DNA from: an uncultured virus (IMG/VR IMGVR_UViG_3300018023_000193)
Lineage: Duplodnaviria > Heunggongvirae > Uroviricota > Caudoviricetes
Virus record (IMG/VR): IMGVR_UViG_3300018023_000193
Length of the DNA stretch: 64,000 nt
Reading direction: 5' to 3' (one strand)
The position numbers and the translations under genes are program-made. Shown here in pieces: positions 48,664 through 57,268 of this stretch (position 1 is its first letter; each line of letters starts with the position of its first letter). Under the pieces are notes generated by a model, which was not told the DNA's origin, did no database searches, and saw only the letters and a list, made by a program, of their open reading frames with translations.

Positions 48664-49848
48664 ATGAAAACATTTCCAACATTATATCATAAAAGTAAAA
48701 CGGGAGCTTTAGTTCAATGGGATATTTGGACAGAAGGTGATACTATTATTACCCGCCATGGACAAATTGGTGGTAAATTACAACTTTCACCCAAAAAAGC
48801 TACTCCAAAAAATTTTGGTAAAGCAAATGCCACAACTGCGGAAGAACAAGCAATTTTGGAAGCTCAAGCAATGTGGACTTTTAAACGGGAACGAAAATAT
48901 TCTGAAACTAAAGAAGGTGCTAAAGAAGAAATCTTTTTACCTATGTTGGCACACGATTTTCATAAAAAGAAAGGCCGCGGAATCGTTTATCCATGTGACC
49001 TCCAACCAAAATTGGATGGTGTTCGTGCAATGGCATATTGGGAAGATGGCCGTGTAGTATTAGGGACTCGCGGTGGTAAAGAATGGACGGCTCCTAAACA
49101 TATTATTGAAGAACTTGAAAAAGTAATGCCACAAGAAATGGTTCTGGATGGTGAATTATATGTTCATGGAGTTGATTTTGAATCTCTTACTTCATGGGCA
49201 AAGAAATATCATGAAGGTGAAACAGAACAATTAGAATATCATGTATTTGATATGCCAATTAATGAATTGGGGAAACGTGATATTTGGAAGAATCGCTTGA
49301 AAAATCTTGAAGCATTTTTTCATAAATTAAACCCTACTAGTCCAAAATATGAAAGTGCATATTTGGTTTTAGTACCAACTTATATTGTAAATCAAGTAGT
49401 TAAATTACCAAAATATTATGCAGGAGTTTGTAGTGCATGTTTACAACCTACATATGAATATGATGAAATTTTTGATTTTGAAAAAACATTTGTGGAACAA
49501 GGATATGAAGGATGTATTGTCCGTAATTGGGATGGTGAATATTTATTTGGCCACCGATCAAGTGATATTCAAAAAGTAAAATCTTTCCAAGATGCAGAAT
49601 ATAAGGTAGTTGATTTCGAACATGGTGTTGGTAAAATGGCTAATTCAGCCATTTGGATTTGTGAAACAAAAGATCATAAGAGATTTAAAGCTACACCTAA
49701 AGCATCGGCGGCAAAACGTGAAGAATATTACCGAGATGGAAAGAAATATATTGGTAAGTTGGTGAAAGTAGCATTTCAAAATTTAACAGCAGATGGTATT
49801 CCAAGGTTTCCAAGGGCACTTGGATTTCGGGATAAGAAGGATATGTAA
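48664..49848 (+). CDS. ATP-dependent DNA ligase with a 21-aa foreign insertion
   Basis: QPKLDGVR motif I, LDGELY, YHVFD, GYEGCIVR, KVK, GIPRFP. Confidence 0.92.
   Translation: MKTFPTLYHKSKTGALVQWDIWTEGDTIITRHGQIGGKLQLSPKKATPKNFGKANATTAEEQAILEAQAMWTFKRERKYSETKEGAKEEIFLPMLAHDFHKKKGRGIVYPCDLQPKLDGVRAMAYWEDGRVVLGTRGGKEWTAPKHIIEELEKVMPQEMVLDGELYVHGVDFESLTSWAKKYHEGETEQLEYHVFDMPINELGKRDIWKNRLKNLEAFFHKLNPTSPKYESAYLVLVPTYIVNQVVKLPKYYAGVCSACLQPTYEYDEIFDFEKTFVEQGYEGCIVRNWDGEYLFGHRSSDIQKVKSFQDAEYKVVDFEHGVGKMANSAIWICETKDHKRFKATPKASAAKREEYYRDGKKYIGKLVKVAFQNLTADGIPRFPRALGFRDKKDM
49391..49455 (+). repeat. 65-nt exact repeat, copy 2 (inside ligase)
   Basis: Identical to 36224-36288. Confidence 0.95.
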
Positions 49849-49956
49849 TGTTATTTCATGTATATTATTGGTGGAAATTATGAGTGAAGAAAAGGTTGCA
49901 ATGTATAATGATGGAACGATAGAACCGAGTGTATTATTTAAACATGGAGTAGTAGT

Positions 49957-50352
49957 ATGTGGATAGGAAAAACGAAATTCCCTGATGTTATAAAACGAAC
50001 ATTCAAACAACCCGCTTTCTTAAAAGATTATGATTCTTATGAAAAATATGATATAAAATGGGATCAGGATGTGTTAACAATACATAATGAAACTGAAAAT
50101 CGATCGGAAGATGTTTTTATTAGTGATGTATTTTATAAATTAAAAACCAAATCAAAATGGGAATATAGTTATTCTTATAAAAGAGTAAGTGGATCTACTA
50201 AATTTCCTTGTATTGGTGGTCCTTTAAATGGAAAGAAAGCAATTTTTAATACTGAGAAATATATACCATATAATTGTAGTTCTCGGTATGGAAGGTGTGA
50301 AACAAGACCACCAAAAGGTATATTAATCCATGAAAGTTTTTTGAAATTTTGA
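49957..50352 (+). CDS. Hypothetical protein
   Basis: ORF; CIGGPLNG motif. Confidence 0.5.
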   Translation: MWIGKTKFPDVIKRTFKQPAFLKDYDSYEKYDIKWDQDVLTIHNETENRSEDVFISDVFYKLKTKSKWEYSYSYKRVSGSTKFPCIGGPLNGKKAIFNTEKYIPYNCSSRYGRCETRPPKGILIHESFLKF

Positions 50353-50364
50353 TAAATATTAAAT

Positions 50365-50727
50365 ATGAAATCTTATAAAGAAATTTTTAAACAAGCAACG
50401 CAAACCATTTTATTAAATATGCATGGTTATGTAGGTCCTGTTAAAGGGGCTGATGAACATTGGTCTTACCGATTTGATGAAGGGCAAGAAATATTACTTG
50501 ATCTTCCAGCAAATGAATGGCATTTTGTCCTTGATGGTGTAGTTATCCAAGTAGGCCGTATGGATGATATGTCTCTTGAAAATTTTTTGAAAGATACACC
50601 AATAACTGAAGATAGAGATAAAACAGAACGAGAAGAAAAAAATAAGGAATTTCGTCGGTCAAAAATAGAAGAACCTTATAATGCTAATGTAAATACTATG
50701 GGTACTTCACCAAGTTCTATGGGTTAA
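50365..50727 (+). CDS. Hypothetical protein (late-promoter-like GATAAATA upstream)
   Basis: ORF. Confidence 0.55.
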   Translation: MKSYKEIFKQATQTILLNMHGYVGPVKGADEHWSYRFDEGQEILLDLPANEWHFVLDGVVIQVGRMDDMSLENFLKDTPITEDRDKTEREEKNKEFRRSKIEEPYNANVNTMGTSPSSMG

Positions 50728-50728
50728 T

Positions 50729-50802
50729 ACCTGGTTCGTCTAATGGTAGGACAGTGGCCTTTGGAGCCATTAATTGGGGTTCGAGTCCCTGACCGGGTGC
50801 CA
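50729..50802 (+). tRNA. tRNA-Gln(UUG)
   Basis: GTGGC-CT TTG GA-GCCAT; CCA. Confidence 0.9.
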
Positions 50803-50823
50803 AATTTTGAATTGAGGAATAGT

Positions 50824-51015
50824 ATGGATCAAGAACGAATTAAATTATTTTTATTTTTTCTATTGAGAGATTATCTAACAATAGGAGAAATATATGAAAT
50901 ACTAAAAAATGTAGAAATACGTAAGGATAGTGGGTTAAGATTTGTTTGTACCGAAAATGCCGAAGATATTATGATTTTGGCAGAAAAGTTACAATATCAA
51001 TTGCGTATTCGATAA
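50824..51015 (+). CDS. Hypothetical protein
   Basis: GAGG RBS. Confidence 0.5.
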   Translation: MDQERIKLFLFFLLRDYLTIGEIYEILKNVEIRKDSGLRFVCTENAEDIMILAEKLQYQLRIR

Positions 51016-51063
51016 GCGAGGAATCCTGTGGCTTCAAGACCATGAGACCATTATAGATTCGGG

Positions 51064-51087
51064 ATTCGCGATTCGCGAATCGCGAAT
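51064..51087. repeat. Perfect 24-bp palindrome
   Basis: ATTCGCGATTCGCGAATCGCGAAT is its own reverse complement. Confidence 0.9.
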
Positions 51088-51107
51088 GGGCGCCTCGGAT
51101 GAGCGTG

Positions 51108-51182
51108 GCGAGGTTGGTATAATGGTTGTGCGCTAGCCTTCCAAGCTAGTTTATGCGAGTTCGATCCTCGCACCTCGCTCCA
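51108..51182 (+). tRNA. tRNA-Gly(UCC)
   Basis: CTAGC-CT TCC AA-GCTAG; CCA. Confidence 0.9.
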
Positions 51183-51437
51183 AAGGATAATATTATGAAT
51201 GTGTATATTTTGCGGCGTAATGATGGATGGATTAAGCCATTTTATTGTGGTCGTGATACGTGGATAAAAAATAAGTAAAGCTAAATTATACAAACGTCCT
51301 GATTATGTTACACAAGCTATTATTTATATTTAAAAAGACCACCAATGTTATATTGAAAATTATAAATTTTACTTGCTCAAATATGAATTGGTTTTAGATT
51401 CTGAAAGTAATTACATTCCCGGGTAGCTAAAGGATCT

Positions 51438-51512
51438 TCTGGTCTAGCTTAATGGTAAAGCGAAATGCTGTTAACATTTAGGATCTTGGTTCGAATCCAA
51501 GGGCCAGAGCCA
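51438..51512 (+). tRNA. tRNA-Asn(GUU)
   Basis: AAATG-CT GTT AA-CATTT; CCA. Confidence 0.9.
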
Positions 51513-51613
51513 AATTTCTTACTTGACAACCAGAATTATTTGTGATATATTTAGATTATGTTATTTTGAAGAATTACATCCACATGTGGAACCAATCATT
51601 TAAAAGGTAATAT

Positions 51614-51976
51614 ATGTTTAGAATATGGAAACAAACCGAGGAGAAAATAACTGGTGAAGTCGATTTGAATTTACCAGAAAATTGGCAAAAATATCATGCG
51701 GATAAAGTGGCTTTATTAAGACCGGATTTACGTAATGAATGTGTTCAATTTTTAAAAGTTCATTTAAAACGGGAATCAATAGATAAAATTCGTCAAGCGA
51801 TTGATAATGACCCACAAGAATGGTGGACAGAATATCATTTTGGTTATGGGATGTATATTAGAAATTTTTTGAGGGATAATGGTTTTGGTGAAAAAGATTT
51901 TAATATTGATAATTTGGATGATTATTGGGTTGGATTAGTAGAAGAAGCAGTTAAATTACCAAGTTTATATTTATAG
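51614..51976 (+). CDS. Hypothetical protein
   Basis: HFGYGMYIRNFLR motif; promoter TTGACA at 51523. Confidence 0.6.
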   Translation: MFRIWKQTEEKITGEVDLNLPENWQKYHADKVALLRPDLRNECVQFLKVHLKRESIDKIRQAIDNDPQEWWTEYHFGYGMYIRNFLRDNGFGEKDFNIDNLDDYWVGLVEEAVKLPSLYL

Positions 51977-51992
51977 AAAAGAGAGAAAAAAA

Positions 51993-52220
51993 ATGTCACA
52001 TAATTTACTAAAAACGATTGTTGTTGTTGAAGGAAAGGATTCTTTTGATCTGGATACTAAGGAATCTGATGTAAAACAAAAGGAGTATGTTGAAGATGTC
52101 CTTAGTAATTTTAATGAAGGACAAGAAATTTTAGTTGGAGTTTATGAATTGGTTAGAACTTATAAATTATCTGCTAATCCTTCAGCAGTTTTGGTTACTA
52201 CACCAAAGAAAGGGAAATAA
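51993..52220 (+). CDS. Hypothetical protein (paralog 1)
   Basis: GVYELV motif shared with next ORF. Confidence 0.55.
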   Translation: MSHNLLKTIVVVEGKDSFDLDTKESDVKQKEYVEDVLSNFNEGQEILVGVYELVRTYKLSANPSAVLVTTPKKGK

Positions 52221-52221
52221 A

Positions 52222-52413
52222 ACGGAAAATACGTTAATATATAGTGATATTGATGAAAATATAGTATCTTCAAATGAAAAAGATTTACAAGATACTGAAT
52301 TTCTAAATGAACAATTACGCAATAATAGTGGTGATGGAGAAGTGATTTTTGGTATTTATAAATTGGTAAAAGAAGTTAAAATAATTTCTAAACCAGTTTT
52401 GGAAGTATTATAG
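52222..52413 (+). CDS. Hypothetical protein (paralog 2; apparent ACG start or pseudogene)
   Basis: GIYKLV motif; ACG 1 nt after upstream stop. Confidence 0.4.
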   Translation, partial: TENTLIYSDIDENIVSSNEKDLQDTEFLNEQLRNNSGDGEVIFGIYKLVKEVKIISKPVLEVL

Positions 52414-52425
52414 AAAAGTAAAATT

Positions 52426-52502
52426 GGCCCGGTGGCGAAATTGGCAGACGCGGTAGCCTTAGGAGCTATTTTTTGTGGGTTCGAATCCCTCTCGGGCTAC
52501 CA
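52426..52502 (+). tRNA. tRNA-Leu(UAG) lacking long variable arm
   Basis: GTAGC-CT TAG GA-GCTAT; Leu-type D arm; CCA. Confidence 0.8.
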
Positions 52503-52527
52503 AATTTTTGAAGGGAGGGGAAATTTT

Positions 52528-52788
52528 ATGGAAGTAAAAGAATATTTTAAAAAAGAAAAAGAAGTAGCAAGAAAAATAGAAGATAATACAAGAAAATTTA
52601 ATGATATTGCTTATATGTTGAAAGATATTTCTGATAAATTAGAATCAATAAGCTGTAGTAATTGGAAAGATATACTTGATAATTTGAAAAAATATGGTAT
52701 AGATTGTTCTATATTAGTGGTTTTGGCAGATGAAAGAAAAGAACTTTTAGAACAAAGATCTTATTTGGAAAATCTTAAAAATGAATAA
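52528..52788 (+). CDS. Hypothetical protein
   Basis: GGAGG RBS. Confidence 0.5.
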   Translation: MEVKEYFKKEKEVARKIEDNTRKFNDIAYMLKDISDKLESISCSNWKDILDNLKKYGIDCSILVVLADERKELLEQRSYLENLKNE

Positions 52789-52929
52789 AACTAAACGTTT
52801 TATTATTTATGAATCTAAAAAGAAATTGGTTTCTACTGATACTTATGAGGAAGCTTGTGATTTTATTGAAAGACTTCTTCCAGTAGAAAGAATCTCAAAT
52901 TGTTCTATTAAAGATACGGAATTTAAACC

Positions 52930-53802
52930 ATGAGTTATGCATTAATCCAATGTGATAGCGATGATGAATCACCATTAGCATTTCATATATTGAATTATGT
53001 ATTGATGCTCCGAAATGCTGAATTGTGTGGAATTAAAGCGGCCGTTGATTGGCGCCGAGGATCTACAATTGGTTTATATAAAGATTCAAATGCTCCTATA
53101 TTATTAGGACCAAATGTTTGGGATTGGTTTTTTGAACAACCGTTAGTAGAATTAGATGAAGTCTTAGATAATCCACATGATATTTGGCCGCAAGTATATC
53201 CATACCCTATTGGTATGGGTGAATATATGCGAAAGTTGAATGATCTTTTAACATTAGGTCGTATTGATGTTTATAATGTATCTGAAATGGAATTATTAAG
53301 GGAAATTGTACCACGACTTGTAAAATGGAGTCCAAGTGTACAACAGTATGCAAATATACTTTTTAAAAGGTATAATTTAATTCCAGAAGAAACAATAGCG
53401 GTTTCTCACAGAGGAACAAATAAATTTAATGATTTACGAATTAATCCTGGTTTGAAATTGGTTTCAATTGAAGATTATTTTGGTATTTTAGAGAATTTAT
53501 TAATAGAACATCCAACATATAAAATTTGGTTTCAACCAGAAGAACAGATAATTGCTGAAAAAATGCAGAAACAATTTCCGCAAATAATAATTATGGATGA
53601 ATTTTATAGAGTACCACCTCATGCACCGATTGATATGCATATTATATCCGATTGTGTTAATCCACAATCCGGATATGAAAAGGCACTAAAGGTAATAACA
53701 ATGATGGTTATGTTTTCTATGGCCAGTATTTTGGTTAAGAATGCTGGTAATTTATCGGATTTAGCTGCTATTTTCTCAAAAGGAAAAATTATAAAAGTAT
53801 GA
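52930..53802 (+). CDS. Putative glycosyltransferase (NodZ/fucosyltransferase-like GT-B)
   Basis: NVWDWFFEQP and IAVSHRGTNK (HxRxTD-like), C-terminal GNLS. Confidence 0.55.
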   Translation: MSYALIQCDSDDESPLAFHILNYVLMLRNAELCGIKAAVDWRRGSTIGLYKDSNAPILLGPNVWDWFFEQPLVELDEVLDNPHDIWPQVYPYPIGMGEYMRKLNDLLTLGRIDVYNVSEMELLREIVPRLVKWSPSVQQYANILFKRYNLIPEETIAVSHRGTNKFNDLRINPGLKLVSIEDYFGILENLLIEHPTYKIWFQPEEQIIAEKMQKQFPQIIIMDEFYRVPPHAPIDMHIISDCVNPQSGYEKALKVITMMVMFSMASILVKNAGNLSDLAAIFSKGKIIKV

Positions 53803-54083
53803 AAGATATTTTTGAACGTGAAATTAAAATTGGAGATTATATCGCTGCTCCCACTTCTAGTAAATATAAAGGAACACATTTAAGAGTTGGAAGAGTTGTC
53901 AACATTACAGAAAATGGTAATATTTCTATTCGGGCTCGTATAGAAGATAAATGGGATTATAGAATTGGAAGAGCAAAAACTTGGAAAGTAAAAACAGTAA
54001 CTCTTTTTGTGGCACCATTTATGATTTTGTCTAAAGATAATATCCCTAATGATATTTTATTAGAATTAGAAAGCGATAAATAA
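53799..54083 (+). CDS. Hypothetical phage protein
   Basis: MKDIFEREIKIGDYI N-terminus. Confidence 0.6.
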   Translation: MKDIFEREIKIGDYIAAPTSSKYKGTHLRVGRVVNITENGNISIRARIEDKWDYRIGRAKTWKVKTVTLFVAPFMILSKDNIPNDILLELESDK

Positions 54084-54101
54084 TTGTATAACGCCACTAA
54101 T

Positions 54102-54177
54102 AGGGGTGTCGTTTAATGGGAAGGATGGCAGTCTCCAAAACTGTAAGACGGGAGTTCGAGTCTCCCCACCCCTGCCA
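54102..54177 (+). tRNA. tRNA-Trp(CCA)
   Basis: GCAGT-CT CCA AA-ACTGT; CCA. Confidence 0.92.
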
Positions 54178-54188
54178 AAAGGAATAAA

Positions 54189-54653
54189 ATGGCCACAGTA
54201 ATAGAAGCACCACACGAATTTGGAATAGCTAATAATAGATTTAGTATTTTTCTGGCTGGATCTATTGCTAATGGGACTGCTATCGATTGGCAAGATAAAT
54301 TAGCCAAAGAATTAGATCGTTTCGATTATATTGTGGTTCTTAATCCTCGCCGGAAGAATTGGAATCCTAATCTTGGCGGATCTCAATTACGTAAACAAAT
54401 TACTTGGGAACAAGAGGCAATTAAATTAGCGACTATTGTAGTTTTCTATTTTGATCCATCTAAACAAAGTCCAATTTCACTTTTAGAATTAGGACAGTGT
54501 TTAGGTAGTCATAAAGAAGTGATAGTATATTGTCCTCCATCATATTTTCGATTTGATAATATTGATGTAACTTGCCAAAGATACGGTATTAAACCACATG
54601 CCGATTATCAACATTTCTTAACAGATATTGTTAATGAAATATCGAGGTTATAA
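54189..54653 (+). CDS. Nucleoside 2-deoxyribosyltransferase-like protein
   Basis: IFLAGSI, DWQ, LNPRR, QITWE, SPISLLELG. Confidence 0.85.
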   Translation: MATVIEAPHEFGIANNRFSIFLAGSIANGTAIDWQDKLAKELDRFDYIVVLNPRRKNWNPNLGGSQLRKQITWEQEAIKLATIVVFYFDPSKQSPISLLELGQCLGSHKEVIVYCPPSYFRFDNIDVTCQRYGIKPHADYQHFLTDIVNEISRL

Positions 54654-54976
54654 TGATAGAAAATCTTACATTTAAAGATTTCCAATCTAAAGTTATTGAA
54701 GCTTTATGCCCAGTTATTGTATATTTTACAGCTACTTGGGATACTATAGGAATTCAAACACGTAATTATTTAGAAACGGTGAATGAATCCAATTTACATA
54801 TTGTTAAAGTTTATTCAGTTGATTATGATACTGAAAGAGAATTGGTTGAAAAATTCTCTGTTAGGAATTTGCCAGATATCTATGCTTTTAAAAATGGAAG
54901 ATTGGTGGGTGCGGCAATTCATTGCACTAATGATAATGAATTATCTCTCCTATTTGGAGGAAATTTTTCATGTTAG
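54653..54976 (+). CDS. Thioredoxin-fold protein lacking CxxC
   Basis: PVIVYFTATW, VDYD...FSVRNLP..FKNG; WDTIG replaces WCxxC. Confidence 0.75.
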   Translation: MIENLTFKDFQSKVIEALCPVIVYFTATWDTIGIQTRNYLETVNESNLHIVKVYSVDYDTERELVEKFSVRNLPDIYAFKNGRLVGAAIHCTNDNELSLLFGGNFSC

Positions 54977-55755
54977 TAGAAAAAAGGCTTTTAATATATT
55001 CTAAAATTCTAATGTATTGTGCCATAGCAGGTGCATTTTTTACTCTCCCATTTATTATCAATTCTCAGTTGACTTCCTTACAAAATAATGCTACAATACA
55101 AATGAATGTATTAAGAACAGATACAATTGCATTGGTAAATAAACGTGCTGATAGTTTTCAGGAATTGACTACGCAATTATTTGATAAAACGGATAAGAGA
55201 GTTGGGAATATCCAGGACGCTTTATTAGGACCTAAACAGAGTTTTAAAACCGATGTATTCGCCCGTGTGGATAAATTTACGGAAACGGTAGATATTTTAT
55301 CAGCAAATGTTAATACGCAATTAGGTACTTTTAATGCAAATTTGAATGAACAGGAAACGGAATTAAATAAAAATATAGATCAAGTGACAACAGTATATGC
55401 TGCTCTTCCGGCACAAGTTGGGGAAAGATTTAATCAACAAACAGATTGTACTACAAATGGTTTATGTTGGCAAAACATGACAACAGATGTATTAGCTAAT
55501 TTCCGTTATACAGGGCGTGATATTAGTGATATGACAAAAACTTTTAATGCAGGTTTTCCAAGTTTGATGAAAGATGCTGGAAGTATTACAAATAATGTAG
55601 ATGCGATTACAGGGAATTTTAGAAGATTGACTAATCCTAAATGGTATGACCGGCTTATCGGTTATGGGTTAAATGCGGCAGTAATTTATCGAAATTTAAA
55701 TCCAGTAACAAGTATTGCTTTAACAGGAGCATCATTTCTTTCATCCCGACCATAA
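54970..55755 (+). CDS. Membrane-anchored coiled-coil hypothetical protein
   Basis: N-terminal TM helix then long amphipathic helices. Confidence 0.6.
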   Translation: MLVEKRLLIYSKILMYCAIAGAFFTLPFIINSQLTSLQNNATIQMNVLRTDTIALVNKRADSFQELTTQLFDKTDKRVGNIQDALLGPKQSFKTDVFARVDKFTETVDILSANVNTQLGTFNANLNEQETELNKNIDQVTTVYAALPAQVGERFNQQTDCTTNGLCWQNMTTDVLANFRYTGRDISDMTKTFNAGFPSLMKDAGSITNNVDAITGNFRRLTNPKWYDRLIGYGLNAAVIYRNLNPVTSIALTGASFLSSRP

Positions 55756-55773
55756 TATTTTGAGGATAATTGA

Positions 55774-56127
55774 ATGACAGAATTAGATTATGGAATCCGA
55801 AATAAAAAAGGATTTCCTATGTTAGAAACTACTCAGTGGATCCGAGTTAATAAACAATGCCATTCGCTTGTTGATGAAAATAACAAAGTATTGGCTATAG
55901 TCTTCACTAGTTATGATGATGAAGATGGAGATGAAAATTTTATTTGGGAAGTAGAAGTAAATGATGAAGAATTTGGATCATATATTAGTCTATATTCTGC
56001 TAAATTAGCAGTTCAAGAAGCTATTGCAGATTGTGATGCTAGAATGGAAGCTTCCCGTAAAAAAGCTAAAGTTAAAAAAGATAAAAAGGAAGTTGAAAAA
56101 AAGGTGAATGCTAGAAAATGTAAATAA
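55774..56127 (+). CDS. Hypothetical protein
   Basis: GAGG RBS. Confidence 0.5.
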   Translation: MTELDYGIRNKKGFPMLETTQWIRVNKQCHSLVDENNKVLAIVFTSYDDEDGDENFIWEVEVNDEEFGSYISLYSAKLAVQEAIADCDARMEASRKKAKVKKDKKEVEKKVNARKCK

Positions 56128-56632
56128 TATTTTGAAATTTTATAGATTATCCAAAGAAGTTCAAATACCTACATATGCCACTGATGGGGCGGCCGCTTTT
56201 GATTTGCGGGTATTTTTAGATGGATCTTCAATTGAATGTTATAGAGATAATAATGAAGTTGCATTTCAATATGTACCACTTATAAATCCTGAATTGATTT
56301 TATGGCCAAACTGGCGTTATAAAATTCCTACTGGTTTAATTCTTGATATACCTGAAGGATATAGAGTTGATGTAAATCTGCGTGGTGGGACTGCTTTTAA
56401 AACGGGATTAATCCTTTGTAATTCAACTGGGATCATTGATTGGGATTATGTAAATGAACTTTTTATTTGTGTAATGAATACTACAGAAAATTCTATTACC
56501 ATTCAAAATGGAGAACGTATAGCACAAGCGAAATTAGAACGTAAAATCCATAGTGTTTTGGAAGAACTTTACCAACCACCTGGTAAGAAAACTCAAAGAA
56601 CAGGTGGATTTAATTCAACTGGAATATTTTAA
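56108..56632 (+). CDS. dut: Trimeric dUTPase
   Basis: AAFDL, IPTGL, GIIDWDY, GERIAQ, RTGGFNSTG. Confidence 0.9.
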   Translation: MLENVNNILKFYRLSKEVQIPTYATDGAAAFDLRVFLDGSSIECYRDNNEVAFQYVPLINPELILWPNWRYKIPTGLILDIPEGYRVDVNLRGGTAFKTGLILCNSTGIIDWDYVNELFICVMNTTENSITIQNGERIAQAKLERKIHSVLEELYQPPGKKTQRTGGFNSTGIF

Positions 56633-56764
56633 TGATCCATCTTGTATATGTTAATTCTAATTTTCAAGAAGTTCCTGAAGGTATAATGCATTTCTTTGGA
56701 ATTTCTCCAGAATCTATTATGGAAGAGATTGATAAGGAAATTGTTGCTAAAGTTTTAGAACAGG

Positions 56765-57211
56765 TTAAGTAAGAAACAAAGTTCTTTCCTCTTGTCTGCG
56801 GTAAGTTAGTCCAGTACTCACTTTACCTTGAGAATATACCCAACGCAATAATTGATCCGCAGCACCTTGGTAATTTTTCTGATTTAGAAGTTTCAATAAA
56901 GTAGATGTTTCAAAAGATGCTATACCCATATTATAAGTAAAACTGGCTAAAGCATCATATTGGTTCTGTGTGAGTGGAACAATAATACTCGCAGCGAATG
57001 CGGCCTCAATAGCCGCAATTTTAACCATCATTAGTTCCACAGCTTCCGCTTGAGTGATGGTCACTCCGGGTACATTATATTTGGCAAGTAATTCTGGTGT
57101 ATTAAGATTTGTGCCATATCCAATAGATAATCCACCTGCATCGGGATAAGCATGATCGACAAATCCTTCAGAATGTTCGATTCGGTTTAATCCATTTTGT
57201 GATACGTTCAT
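56765..57211 (-). CDS. GH24 lysozyme (endolysin)
   Basis: EG...AYPD..SIGYG, LTQNQYDALASFTYNMG, STLLKLLN, GL..RRQEE; TATAAATA at 57217-57224 (minus). Confidence 0.9.
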   Translation of the reverse strand: MNVSQNGLNRIEHSEGFVDHAYPDAGGLSIGYGTNLNTPELLAKYNVPGVTITQAEAVELMMVKIAAIEAAFAASIIVPLTQNQYDALASFTYNMGIASFETSTLLKLLNQKNYQGAADQLLRWVYSQGKVSTGLTYRRQEERTLFLT

Positions 57212-57224
57212 GTTAATATTTATA

Positions 57225-57254
57225 TTGACAAACAATAGCAAATTATGATATAAT
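57225..57254 (+). promoter_or_regulatory. Sigma70-type promoter, divergent from the lysozyme late promoter
   Basis: TTGACA-N18-TATAAT. Confidence 0.65.
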
Positions 57255-57268
57255 ATGTAAATAGAGCT

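Noticed and set aside
51416..51437. TCCCGGGTAGCTAA resembling a tRNA 5' end
   Set aside because: No cloverleaf; at most a short relic
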